A model generated the notes under the pieces. That model worked only from the letters and a program-made list of their open reading frames with translations, searched no databases and had not been told where the DNA came from. The position numbers and the translations under genes were made by a program. Shown here one piece after another: positions 21,823-35,400 of a stretch of 64,000 nucleotides of DNA; positions within the stretch are counted from its first letter, which is position 1, and every line of letters begins with the position of its first letter. The stretch covers positions 124,001-188,000 of IMG/VR virus record IMGVR_UViG_3300029922_000001; one strand, 5' to 3'.

Positions 21823-24800
21823 ATGAGCGTTTTTTACCCCCTTAAATGGATTAAAAGCATTAAAGCTGGCAGTTATTCAACCATAACTACAGGTAATGCA
21901 TATGAAATTATTTACGGGGTGCCAACTTATGGTTTTACCGTTGATAACACTCCACCACAAGGCGAATGTATTATCAACGCAAGCTTAGGAAAGGGCGGTA
22001 TTGAAATTCATGCATTTGACGTATTTAGTGATTCAACTATCACCAATACGACTGACATTCCACATATTGACTCTGTTACTGCTTATACTCCGTATATTGG
22101 TTCTCAATTTTCCGTCCTAAATAATATCAATATCAATACAGTTACTCTTTCTTTTGATGTGTTGTCAGCCGCAATTGATAATGGTGTAGATTGTAATTTA
22201 CAATTATTTATTTATGATGATTTGAATTTTCTTCCAAATAATAGACTCAGTGAATCTACCAATAATGAACCAGTTGCTTCTTTATCAACATCCAAGGTAA
22301 CTAATTTTACTTTTAACTTTCCAACATTAACTCTTAATGCAAATCAATTATATTGGTTTGTACTCTATCAAACTGAAGAGTCTACTGATGTTAATGGAAA
22401 TCCTGTTATCGTGCAAGTAGTCTCGGTTCTTAATGCCAATAGTTTACATGCTTATTCTAGTGTTGCGGCAACTTTGCAACCATCTAATTCAACCTGGTCT
22501 GCTAAGACAGGATCATCGTTCATTTATTCATTGAGTGCGGCTGTACCTGGTGCTGATGCCCTTCCTGGTGTTAATGAATTAGCAGATGATTTAGGTAATT
22601 ATCTGAGAGATGCAGCAACATTAGGTGGAGCAAGTAATGAATTTGAATATGAAGTTATTGGTGATAATCAAGCCTTAATTTTCCAAAAATATTTAATGCA
22701 ATCATCCCCAGCATTACCTGTGAAAACAATTATTGTGGGATGTACATCAACTCAGCCAAAAGGTTATGTCATTGAAGTGTTACCAACAGGAAACAGCACT
22801 TGGATTGCGGCATTTACTATGCAATCTAGTTCTATCTATAGAGATTATGTTGAATATACATTTGGTACATCTTTATTGTTAGACGCAGTAAGAATTAGAT
22901 ATCTAGGTGATTATTACGCCAAGGTAAATGCTGGTACTATTACTATTTTTGCTCAAGATTCAGTAAGTGGTTGTTCCGCATTACAAGCGTCTCATTTTTC
23001 AGACTATAGAGATGTTAATGATATGCCAGGTTCAGATATTAATGGTTGGGTAACATTCTTTGGTGGTACTTATTTTAATAATTGGAATATGGTTAATGAA
23101 CAGTGGTATTGGGAGACTATTCCAGGTATTGCTAATGGATTTTTTACCCCCGATCCTCTTTTATCTATTGTGAATGCCCCTACTACGTTAGTCGCTGTTG
23201 GTACATCAAGTTTATCATCTCCAGGTACTAGAATTTACCAAATAAATACAGTTAGTGGTGACTTAATTCAAGCTAATACTGTAGTGGGATTTGATAGTAG
23301 TAGTCCAATACCAACTGTCAATTGTTCTGTTGTACATAATGGATATTTATATTTTGGTATGTCAGATGGAAGTGTTTATAGTACACTTGATGGCACCGCT
23401 TTGAATCTAGTGTGTACATTACCACAAGTTAACAGCACTAATACACCAGTCACAGTATTGGGTTCCTATTTAAACTATTTATATATTGGAACTTCAAGAG
23501 TTGGTAACCAAAGTTACATTTATAAATACAATACGAATCCAAACATTTTATCTCCATTGTCTTTTCAAAATACATTCCAAAATGTTGATTTATCGAACAT
23601 GTCAGTAGTTGGTAATAACATATATATAGGTACAAGTGGCGATATTGGTCAGAAAAATGGTACTATTGAAGTATATTCTGGTGGTGCTTGGAGTCAAAGT
23701 TATATCACTAATAGAGATGGTGTAGATTTCCTTGTATATTCTAGTTCTGTTAATCAGTTAGTTGCAGGTTTATCTTCTGGTCAATTAGTTTCTTTGCCAT
23801 TTAGTTCCAGTTTAGTTCCTGCATCTTGGGGCGCTCAATCTGCTCAGCCTTATACTGGATATACATCTTGTGTTGTAAATAATACAGGTGATAGATTGTT
23901 TATAGTAGCAACTACAGGGTCAGAAAATCAACTAGCATCCTATAAAATAGCTACGGGTCAGATGACATCTTTGGCTATACCTTACTTCTATAAATATGGC
24001 TTACAAAAACTAAGATTTACTGGTTCTACTAATCCTCTGGATTCAAATTACTATAGGAATCTAGCCTATGTTGGAACACCAGATGATTTAAATGTGCAAC
24101 CAACTGCTGAGCAAAGTTTATTTACATATGTTTCTGGTGATATTAACAACATAACTAGTGTTCAGCAATACTTTATGTGGAAAGGATGGATTAGATCCAA
24201 TTATAGTGATACATTTACATTTGATTTAACCAATAACGGTGGAGCTATTCTAACAATTGGTGAACAAATGGTTATTGATAATAGGGTTGATTCAGTTATT
24301 GCAAGTACTAAATCTTACAGTATGCCAATGGTTGCTGGTCAGTGGATTCCATTCCAATTAGCACAATATGCTGCGAATCCAAGCACTGAAGATCAAACAC
24401 AAATCATCCTCTCATTACAATGGTCTAGTTCTTCATTAGCTTTACAAAATATTCTAGTTGATAATACTGCTCCATTTATTTTAACTAACACTGCTGCAAC
24501 GACTCCAGCCTTATCTAATACCACTTATGAACCTACCAGTGTTCAAAATGATGGTAATTTAATATATACTTCCTTTACAGATGGAAAAGTTTATAGTTTT
24601 GATTATGCACACTTAGACACAACACAAAGAATTGCATACGTAAGATTTAAAGACAATGCTAATAATATATCTGCTGCAACTCAGTGTATTGATGACATTA
24701 TTCAAGATCCAACACAAGGTGGTAATACGCTAACTACTGGAGGTACTTTATTTCATATTGAAGCATATAACAACACTCCGTTGAACGTATATGATACTGC

Positions 24801-26400
24801 TGATAATTCTCCCGCTTTAACTGGCACAAGACTTATTAGAAACACAGCTAATTATGATTCCTTACCATATTATGTAGCTAATCTAACTCAGTGGGATTGT
24901 ATTGGTGTTCAGGCTGTCACTCCAACTGGAGTAGCTATTTCTGGATCTGGATTAGAATATGGTACTGAAATAGAAATTTACATCCGTAACGCAGATAATC
25001 AAGCCGATCTCAATGCTGCCCCCTGGACATTATTAACCCCAACGTTTAACGCGCTTAATACGTCAGATGTAACCACTCCTTCTTCAGTAACTATTGCGTA
25101 TTACGATACTGATACTAGTGAAGATGTTACCGTAGAAACACTACCGGGATATGACTTAACGGTATATAATCAGTTGTGGATGCAATATCGTATTGTATTC
25201 ATTTCTGCAACCGATAATTTAACTCCAACGGCTTATAGAGTTAGATTAAGTTATAAAGAAACTTCATCGTCATATTTCTTCACAGAGATGTTTAATTTTG
25301 CTGACTATATAACTAGTGGAACTGTACCATCAGCAGTTAGAGGATTTGTTAGTGCGGATTACTTATCTAACAACGGTAGAGTCGAATTTGGATATACTAC
25401 AGATGATAGTTATTTAAACACATTTGACTTTACGCAGTATATACCAATCAACCTTAATACAACATTCAATATACCATCTGGTACAAATCAAATTAGAATT
25501 GGTGCAATGTTATCATCTACAACAAGTACACCAGCCGAAATAGATGACTTTGGATTTATGCTTGATTTTGGTAATACAGATATTAAGATGATGAATTTCT
25601 GGAAACCATTTGACGTGTTACCTACAGGATCATTTACCCTTTGGTTAGATGCTACTCGTATTAATAGTAATGTAGTTTATATAACCCAAAGCGCAACTAA
25701 CTATTGGGTTGATCAATCACAGCCAGCATCTACAATTTCAGCAACTGACGTTTATGGAAATATTTATCTAAACAGACCAGGATATGACAGTGTTTCTAAT
25801 GTGGTTGATAATGGTAATTTTGGAATTAAGTTATTAGACGAACCTAATGTAAGACCTAATGCTAATAGACAAAAAGTGAATTTACCAGCATTGTCAACAC
25901 TGAACGGAAGTGCATTTACATATTCATTCGTGTTTTCACCTGATAATCTAGATAATGATAAATTCTATACATTGTTATGTAATGATACTGGAAATGATAT
26001 AATAATTGCTCTTAAAGTTTCTGACACGAATTCTTCCAACATTCTCAGAGTCGTTTCTAATGGTGTGAATTACGATACCGTCCTTATAGGAACTGGATAC
26101 AACTATGCATTCTTACCAAACACTCTTTATCAACTTACTATTACCTTGAGTAGCAGTGGAGTGTTAACAATTTATCAAAATGGTAGTCAAATTGGCTCAG
26201 CAACTGGAGTTGAATTGTACACAGGTAATCCAATCTTACATATCGGAACTGTTAATGACACCTTATATACCGCTGGAACAAGTGTATATTATAATTTCTT
26301 TGGTAGAATTCAGGAAGTTTTGGTCTTTGATACGGTTCTTGGAACTAATGATTTAAATAGCATGACAAATTATGCTTTACAAAAATATAATCTAACTTAA
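21823..26400 (+). CDS. Virion protein with beta-propeller, PA14 and C-terminal LamG/ConA-like domains
   Basis: PA14 signature WKGWIRSNYSDTFTFDLTNNGGAILTIGEQMVIDN (~24180-24280); LamG-like end FFGRIQEVLVFDTVL; repeated LY(F/I)G(M/T)S blades. Confidence 0.7.
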   Translation: MSVFYPLKWIKSIKAGSYSTITTGNAYEIIYGVPTYGFTVDNTPPQGECIINASLGKGGIEIHAFDVFSDSTITNTTDIPHIDSVTAYTPYIGSQFSVLNNININTVTLSFDVLSAAIDNGVDCNLQLFIYDDLNFLPNNRLSESTNNEPVASLSTSKVTNFTFNFPTLTLNANQLYWFVLYQTEESTDVNGNPVIVQVVSVLNANSLHAYSSVAATLQPSNSTWSAKTGSSFIYSLSAAVPGADALPGVNELADDLGNYLRDAATLGGASNEFEYEVIGDNQALIFQKYLMQSSPALPVKTIIVGCTSTQPKGYVIEVLPTGNSTWIAAFTMQSSSIYRDYVEYTFGTSLLLDAVRIRYLGDYYAKVNAGTITIFAQDSVSGCSALQASHFSDYRDVNDMPGSDINGWVTFFGGTYFNNWNMVNEQWYWETIPGIANGFFTPDPLLSIVNAPTTLVAVGTSSLSSPGTRIYQINTVSGDLIQANTVVGFDSSSPIPTVNCSVVHNGYLYFGMSDGSVYSTLDGTALNLVCTLPQVNSTNTPVTVLGSYLNYLYIGTSRVGNQSYIYKYNTNPNILSPLSFQNTFQNVDLSNMSVVGNNIYIGTSGDIGQKNGTIEVYSGGAWSQSYITNRDGVDFLVYSSSVNQLVAGLSSGQLVSLPFSSSLVPASWGAQSAQPYTGYTSCVVNNTGDRLFIVATTGSENQLASYKIATGQMTSLAIPYFYKYGLQKLRFTGSTNPLDSNYYRNLAYVGTPDDLNVQPTAEQSLFTYVSGDINNITSVQQYFMWKGWIRSNYSDTFTFDLTNNGGAILTIGEQMVIDNRVDSVIASTKSYSMPMVAGQWIPFQLAQYAANPSTEDQTQIILSLQWSSSSLALQNILVDNTAPFILTNTAATTPALSNTTYEPTSVQNDGNLIYTSFTDGKVYSFDYAHLDTTQRIAYVRFKDNANNISAATQCIDDIIQDPTQGGNTLTTGGTLFHIEAYNNTPLNVYDTADNSPALTGTRLIRNTANYDSLPYYVANLTQWDCIGVQAVTPTGVAISGSGLEYGTEIEIYIRNADNQADLNAAPWTLLTPTFNALNTSDVTTPSSVTIAYYDTDTSEDVTVETLPGYDLTVYNQLWMQYRIVFISATDNLTPTAYRVRLSYKETSSSYFFTEMFNFADYITSGTVPSAVRGFVSADYLSNNGRVEFGYTTDDSYLNTFDFTQYIPINLNTTFNIPSGTNQIRIGAMLSSTTSTPAEIDDFGFMLDFGNTDIKMMNFWKPFDVLPTGSFTLWLDATRINSNVVYITQSATNYWVDQSQPASTISATDVYGNIYLNRPGYDSVSNVVDNGNFGIKLLDEPNVRPNANRQKVNLPALSTLNGSAFTYSFVFSPDNLDNDKFYTLLCNDTGNDIIIALKVSDTNSSNILRVVSNGVNYDTVLIGTGYNYAFLPNTLYQLTITLSSSGVLTIYQNGSQIGSATGVELYTGNPILHIGTVNDTLYTAGTSVYYNFFGRIQEVLVFDTVLGTNDLNSMTNYALQKYNLT

Positions 26401-26417
26401 TTGTATAATTATCATTA

Positions 26418-29400
26418 ATGAATTCCACGGAACACTACCAGTATACATACGTAGAAGCCAATGACATCCTATATCCGGGTTATGATCAAAGAAATATGCA
26501 AATAACTGAAAATCAGCTTGCACAGCTTGCTTATTTTATTGGTTCAGGTGTTTTAACAGGGTGGGTAGTGACACCAATTGTATCAACCGATCCTCAACAA
26601 GAAGTAATTTATCAGGGTGAAAGATTAAGTCTTTATAGCAGTTACTTAACAAAATCTAATATAAACTTGGCGCAACAATATCTAAATATGGGTAAGCCAG
26701 CGGATACTTATGCACCTTGTTTAGTTTGTGTTACTGCAAATATATCTAATTTTAGCAGTGTTAATATTTCTTATTTTGATGGCTTAGGAAGTTCTGATTT
26801 AGTGGCTAATTCTAGAGTTTTAGTTACCAATCAAACAATTATAGCTCATAATGGTATTTACACCACAACTGTCAATTTAGATGGAACATATACCTTAACC
26901 CCATCAACGGTATCTAATGAGGTTGTAGGGCAGACCATTCTAAATCCAAGCAAGATTCAAATATTAAAGGGTGTTAATTATGGTAATACCATTTTTACCT
27001 TCATGAAGCCAACAGGTTATACTTACACTTTTGGCGGTTCATTACCAAGTGGTTTATCTAATGTGCTTTATAGTATGAATTGGATTTTAGACTCACAAGC
27101 TACCAATGTGAGTTGGAATCAAGTTATCAGAGTAACACCAGGTACAGGAATTTTAGGTTCTTATAGAGCATATACCGAAGATACAGCTTATTTTGCTTAC
27201 ACTCAAGGTGGAACTTACTATGTGTGGCTTCAAGCTGGTCCATGTTTAATAACTCAAGGTATTGCTCAAGTTGTTGCACCATTAGACCAAGACTATAATT
27301 ATGATCAAACTAATTTAGCTACATTTTTAGCTACAGTAGATGTTTTGCCCAATACAGAAGCTGGTTATGGTTTTTATATTGATCCAATACGAATTACACC
27401 AGATAAAAGAGTAACTATTGCTGGATTTGCTACAGCACTTCAAAATGCACTTAAAATCTTATTACGTGGTCACGTTCATACTGGCGTAGGTCAAATGCCT
27501 ACTAAGATCAATTTAAGCACAGTTATTGTGTATTTTGCTTATCCAAGTACAACATATCCCGATGCCACTAGTTTCCAAATAGGTACAGGTAGTGGGTCTA
27601 GTTTTGTGCCAGCAACTAATTTACCTACCACATTAGGTAAACCAGTAGTAACGCTTAATGATGTAGTATTATTAGCCGATCAATATTATTTAAATTATAG
27701 TACTGGAATTATTTATTTGCAAAATAGTATTCCAGCTAATTCAGTTATAGAACTAGAATTTCCAGCAGCACCACAAATTAACTTGACTCCAACAAACACT
27801 ACTGCATATGGATTAGATGTTCCTATTTATTTAACTGATGGAACAACAGACTTAGGTGGCAGTGGTAATCAGGGAACATTTAGGTGGAATCCTGACAATT
27901 ACATGACTCCACAAGTGTACTTTAATGGTAACTTAATTGTTTTAAATGTAACACAACCTCAATATTTGGTTGATCCTACTAATGGATGTATCACGGTTTA
28001 TAGTAGCTCTGGATTAACACTACCAACAACAGAATCTCAATTGGTTGTTGTATTAGTGGAACGTGTATATCAAATTACCAATACATTATCTTCTAAGAGA
28101 ATTGGAAGCATAGATGCTAGTACATTTATTACTGGAACAATAGATCCAACTAGATTAGGGCAGATTAGTCACGTTGGAGAAACTAGATTAAATGAGATTG
28201 CATTATTACAACCAACTCAAAGAGTATTTGCTGAAGATGATCATGTAACATTCTTGCCAGAAATACCAAATTCTCCATTCCAATATGGAACTGAAGTTTA
28301 TTTCACCTATAAATCTATTAATTTACCATCTAATTCCACATTATTAGGTACTAAAAGAGGTTTAATGGCAACTGATGATATGATTAATATCATTAATCAA
28401 TCTAGTTGGAATGTTGATTATGGTCAACCGGTACAAGCAATTGATAATTTGATGCCAGAAACTCCGTTAGATCCTAATGCCGTACAACCAAATAATAATG
28501 TATTCAAAACATTGTATGTAAGAACTGAACAAGGGCAAATCTTTGAAACAACAAATGAAGGTGCTTCATGGAAAACATTAAGAATGCCTCAGTTTACAAA
28601 TTTTGAAGGTATTACCTCCCCATTATCTGCCACTGCGTTTTGGTGTTACACAGATATGGAGTTGACATCAGGTGATTTACAGACTACCACTTATAGTTAT
28701 TTTACTAGATTGTATGTAGGTACAGCACAAGGTTTATTTACAACAGTAATTTATCCCGCCGCGCCCACTGATTGGGCATGGACACCAAGCTCAAATCAAG
28801 GTGAGTCGATTAATGATGTAGTCGTTATTGCAACTTTAAATAGCACTATCACTTATAGTGGTTCTTCATTAGCTATTACTAATCAATCTTATGACGCTAC
28901 AGTATATACAGCAACAGATAATGGAATTTTTGTTAATGGAGCGCAATTTAATTATCCAGGCATGGATTTAAGTATTAATGGTGTTAAGTGGGTTAATTTT
29001 GGAACTGAAAATGTCAATAAAAACAGCTTACTATATTACAGTGATCAAAAACTATGTCTAACGCACTCCGCAGTATGTACAGATTACACTGTATCTGGTG
29101 ATAACGATACGGTAACTGCTTATTATTCATGGGTACATCCTCTAACACAAGTTCCAAATATTTTTGAGTACCCAAATGGTCAACCAGGTGTTAAAGCCGC
29201 TACCACTACTAACATTAGTATTACTCCAAGCAGTTCCAACTTTATATTACCAATACAGATAGATACTGTATCTATGACATGGGCGGTAAATGATTTAATT
29301 TTAGTTAAACAACAAAATAATTCTTATGAAAATGGAATTTATAAAGTTATAACTGTTAATAACGATATTATAGACGGTATAAATACAGGAACTTTAGTAT

Positions 29401-32400
29401 GTTCTCAACTTGCAGTCACTAACAATGTTCAGGTTCAAGTTATTCAAAATTCTCCAGCAACAGAAGTTACAAATAGTCAACAGTATGGTTCACAATGGTT
29501 CTTGCCAAATGGTCCAGATCCAACCAACCCTAATACAACTTCTTGGAATTTATATTTTTATCTATATGATCGTACTGATAATCCTAATTATGGTCAAGAA
29601 GATTTTCAATATACTAATGCCTCTTTGATTCAATTAACTCAACAGTACTTTTTAGGTTGTTTACCGGCACCTTTGATTATTACTGATCAAAATATTGGTA
29701 TAATGCCAATATTTACTCCAATAATATATTGGAATAATAGACAATATTTACCACAAAGTGCTTTTTACCTTGATATTTCCATAAATAATGTATCTACTAA
29801 TGTTTTTATTGCCCTTGGCACTCGTGGAGCGTGGTATACTGAGGATTTTGTAGGCTGGGGTAGTTGGATGCGCTTAAATCCACAATTTACAGTATTAGAT
29901 ACTGTGAGAGTTCCAACCTTATGGGTTGGTGAAAAGTATTATTTATCTCAAGCAATGCCTGTAAGTGTTTTTGAAGCAGTTCCAACAGCGTATCCTTCTA
30001 CAAGTAATATTCCATTGGTTTTATATTACAATGAAGATTTACAAATATTTGAATTTTCTAATCAACAGCCAATATATGATAATTACCTATATCTAGATAG
30101 CTATACTGAATACTTTGTAAAACCTTGGAATCCTTTAGCAACTGTTATTGTTAAAGTTAACAACGTTTTAGCCGCTCCTACTTACGTACCTCAAAATGGA
30201 CAAATTATATTTAGTAATTCATTAGGTCCAAATGATATTGTGACATTTACGGCTATTCTTGCTGGTGCATTTATTAGCAATGTTGGTACAATACCACACG
30301 AAGAACAACCTAGTGTTTTTGTAGTACAAAATGGTCCAACTTCACCAAATATTACATTAGCGGCACAATTCCCATCTGCAAATGCTAGTTTAGCAAATCA
30401 AATTCAGGTAACTACACCTTCTTTGATTCCTAGTGGTTATTCTTTGATAGAAGTTAGCCAATCAATAGGTAGTACAGTTAACGAAGTTCTCTATATTTAT
30501 AAAGATCCTATTACTTCCAATATAGAATTGGCAAAACCAAGAGTTCAACAAACGGTTATGCCAACCTACGCTGCTGGATCACCTGTTTATCTAGTTGTTC
30601 TGCAAAGCGTACCAGGATTACAAGATTATGTATCTCAATTCATGTCAGGTCAAATGTATAATCAAAATTCTTCTTTCTTAAATAACATAATTTCACTTAA
30701 TCTTAGTTGTTTAGAATTGACAAAATCAGATTCCACATTAATGTTCCCTAACTTATTACATAATTATGCGACAATGCCATTAGAAGGTACTCTTGACACT
30801 CGTGGTCCTCAAAATGCCGCATACTACACTAATGAGAACCAATTTGAAGATGTTTCTTCAGCTAACTCTTTAGCTATTGAATATAATCCACCAATATCAC
30901 AGTTACCAACCGCACCACAAGCTGTTTACAACTTAGATTTAAGTTCATCAACTTCCATTGTTGGTACTGATCAAGGAATTTGGCAATTTAGCTCTGGAGA
31001 TAATATGTGGACGCAAATAAGCCAATTAAATTCTTCCAGAAGAACATATTTCATCTACCCAGTTGATAACCCAAGTGGCGCACAATTGGTAGGTACTGAA
31101 CTTGGTTTATTTGAAGTTGAAGGTAATAATTGGGTAGCAAATCCTACATTTTATGAAGCTGTATTTGATTACTGGAGTGGTTCATGGAATACTTCATACA
31201 CAGGAACTTTTTATGCTAAAAATGACGGTTTAAGCTTTACTCAATTTGATCCATCAACTAACACCTTTGTATCTGATAATTTTGATCCACTTTACGGTGA
31301 AAAACTTTATACTCTTTATAAAGATCAATGGTTAAGGGCTGGCACAGATACTCCACCTACTTTTACTGCTGTAGACGCAATGTATATTGGTTCGGCATTA
31401 GGATTATGGGCGGTTACACCAGGTGGTAGAGTTGGAATTAATCACCCTACATATTTGGCAGGTAGAAATATGATTCCAGCATCTGAATTAACCAGGGTTG
31501 GTATCAATAATCCATTATGGGTTTATAAGATTGCTTTAATGCCAAATAATAGCACGGCAAATCCTCCTAGCGCACCAATGATGGTTTTAAGTAATCAAGG
31601 AATATTAATCATTCAAAATTGGAGATATTGTGATCCAGATCCAACAGATACTAGTGCTTTAAATTTCTATATTGAGAAGGTTGTACTTCCTGGTTATACT
31701 TGTAATTGTGTTACTAGTTTAGTAACATCTACTTCACCTTATGCTTCTGTGGTTTACGCTGGTACCAACGTTGGAGTGTTTAAATCTATAAATAATGGTT
31801 GGGACTTCCAAAGATGCGAATGGATTAATGATGAACCTACTCCTGTTTATGATTTACAAATAATGGATTCAGCAGGTTTAGTTGTTATCGCTGCTACAGA
31901 AACTGGATTATGGATGACTACTGATGGTGGTTATACTTGGATTAGACCTTCTTTGTCAAGTGGATTGTCACCTAATAATTTCTTCCCAGGAGAAATTACT
32001 AGTTCATATTCATTCTCTTATCCAAAATTAGGACAAACTTTTACAACTCCAAGCACACCAAGTACAATTGATATTACTAAATTTGGTGCTTATCTTACAA
32101 GAAGAACCTTAGTAAATCCAAATACGGGAGTTGTTGATGATGCTATGAATCAAGCCGCTGCTAACAATAAATTAATGTTGGCACTATACGCCACAGATGG
32201 TAGTGGTAATCCTACTGGTTCTGCATTAAGCTTAACAAGTTTTGAAAGTTATATAAACTGGGGTGTTGGTTATGAAGTTACACCTTCTGGAACGAATTTG
32301 TTTGATGGTTCTCAAGTTATGGATAACGAACCTAATGATATTAGCACATATTATCAAGTGGTTGGTGGCAGTACAAATAATTCAGCTATGACGTTGTTAT

Positions 32401-35400
32401 ATAAATTTGATAATGCAGTTGAAGTTGATGCAGTTGATTTTACAGTTATGAGTACTCAAGTGTTAAATGTCAATATTGAGCATTCAAGCGATGGTTCTAC
32501 ATGGACAACTGCTATTGCCACTAGTCCAACCGTATATGCCCCACAAAATGCAGGTGGTGTACCATTGTGGCGTACTGCTGAATTGTTAACTAATACATCA
32601 ACACCATATCAATATTGGAGAATATCCTTTACTGATATTCATTCTTCATATCCAACATTATTAAGAGTAGGTGACTGTAGATTATACGCTATTAATGGTG
32701 GAACTTATACATTACAAACTCTATATTCCGCAATTAATGCATATGAAGTTAATTACCCATCTTTCTGGTACATGGATGCCGTTCCAAGTTCTTCAGGATC
32801 TTTAACGCTAACAGCAAATACCCAATATATTTTAGTTGGATCTGAATTACTCAGTGAACAAATTATATCAGTTATGAATGGTTATAGCGTTAGTTCTGGT
32901 AACTATTTAGAATACGGTTCTGTATTTGAATGGGCGATTTCTTCTGATGATGAATTTGTAGGGGGAGACGCAGAATATTCAAGTGATGGTTCTACTTGGA
33001 CCGCATTACCACAAGACTTTTTGTTTGCGGTATTTTACGCTTCTCCACCAGTGCCAACTAATACTATTGTTGTTGTTGGACAATATGATGGAACCAGTGA
33101 ATTTGATCAAGGTGATATGTATGGTGCAATTATCAATGATGCTGGTGGACTTACTACTGACTTTAAGGTTGCTACTTCTATTGTTGTAGATGATTCTAAA
33201 TCTATTTCTTGGGCTGATGATCTTAAACAACGTGGACCTATGATTTACGATCTATATTCTAAGATTTATTCTCAGTGTAATGGAAGATCACAGTTGGACT
33301 ACTGGCAATTTGGTGTTAACGAACTTGAATTAACACCTGGGTTTGTTTATGATAATAGTATTGTTGACCTAGAAAATACAATTAATAATTTCATAACAAG
33401 AGGTACAAATAGTAACTTAGTAGACACTTGTTTTATTGCGTTTATGGGATTAAGTCCACAATCTATCATAGATTCTATTTTGCCTGTTCCTAATTTACCA
33501 AACCAAGTTTATAATCAAGCTCTTGTTGAACCAATCATTACTTACATGGAAAGTAAAGGATTATTGAGATTATCTTGGTTACAAACACAATATGCAACAG
33601 AATTAGGAGCGCATACGCTAGTTGCTTCCGATTTATATACTCCTAATGGGTCTGATCAATTACCTTACCTAGATATAACTACTGCTGTTATAACAGCGTG
33701 GGCTAATAGCTTTGTTCCTTTGGCAATTGTTCTAGCAGATGGTGATGATAGTAATAGTCTAAACGCTCCTACAGATGTTGCTTCTGTGGCACTTACTGGT
33801 TGGAATAATTATGGTTTTAGTATATATAGTGGTGGTTTAGGAACTGGAAGTAATCAACCAAATCTAAGAAGTATGTCTGAATTATCCAATGGTAATCATT
33901 CGATTTTGGTTACAGGAATGGATGAAAATGGATTATTAATACCAGGTTCAGATTGGGATAATTTCGGTAATTCATTCTTGCCACAAGGTACAAATAATAT
34001 TTTCCAATCCACTTGGGCTAGGGAGTACGATTTTGAAACACCTACATTTATAAGTAATATTATTGCTACTGTTAATGTAATACCAAATGGTCAGGCTTTT
34101 GGTCCAAATTCAGCAAAATGTAATATTGAGTTCATGTACACCTTAGATAGAACCAATTGGACTTCATGGATTAATATTGCTTCACAATTAAACGATAATA
34201 GCGGAACATATACTTATCAATTGAATATGCAAGTTTTAGCTATTAAATATAACATTGTCATGTCAGAAGCTTTAGCCGGGGGTCAACAACCTGTAATCTC
34301 TGAACTATATCATATAGTGGTTACTCCAGCAGTTAAATATTTAGTTACTCCTAAAACACAAGTAAATGGATTATTATTTGAATATTTGTTAGATGCAGAC
34401 ATTACAGTTCCACAATCTTGCCAAGTCAATTGGGGAATTGCTAGAGGTGATTCAATCAATTGGAACGATTTTGAAAGTATTTACACAAGGAGAAAAGGTG
34501 CTTTATCTAATAGACAAAACAGCATTACCTTCTCTCAGCCTGTTAATTTACGTGACTTACCACACACAATTAATGCAGCTAATGACTATGTTCAAGTATA
34601 CACCGATCAGGCAGAAACCATAACAGCTTCATGGTCACTATTAGATACAGTTCAAATTTGGATTCAAATTACAACGTCTCTAAATGGAAACTATGAAACA
34701 GACGGTAGTGCTATTCTTATGCAACAAAATGTAGGTGGTGTCCAAGTTTATCAGCTTGATGGAGTAAATGGAACTATAGCATTTAGTCCTCCACTACCTA
34801 CAGGTACTATATTTCATATAGATATTAATGCGCCATCCCAGGTTTCAAACAGTGTTGGTGAAAGCACCATAACCAAAGACAATAGAACGTATTTTTCTGT
34901 TAATGGTAGTTGGGTATATGATTCTACAGTTTATGTCATCTTACAAACATCTTTTGGTGGTACACCACAATTAATTCGTGGAGGTTATTGGTTGAACCCA
35001 TCTGAAGGTTCTGTTACTTTTAGTCAAGAAAGGCTAGTTACTGATATAATAAAACTGTTTATTGTTTCAGATGGTTATTTTAGAATAGGCGCACAAGTTT
35101 TAAATTACACATCTCAAGATGTGTCTATTAATGATTTTGGTATGTATTATAGTGTGGCTCAAAATGAATCTATTGGCGCATTATTATCCACTAATTCATC
35201 TATTTCTTTAATGAACAATCAAGTTGTATTAAGTCCTCAGCCAGCTAGTGTTGGACAAAATATTTTAGATATTAATTACGTTGTAGTTACTAATGATGGT
35301 AGCACAGAGCAAGGGTCTATTATTACATGGTGGGTTGGAAGACCTGGTTTTACTGGTTCAAGTACTACACCTTATTCTGAGTTTGATGCAGCTAACCAAT

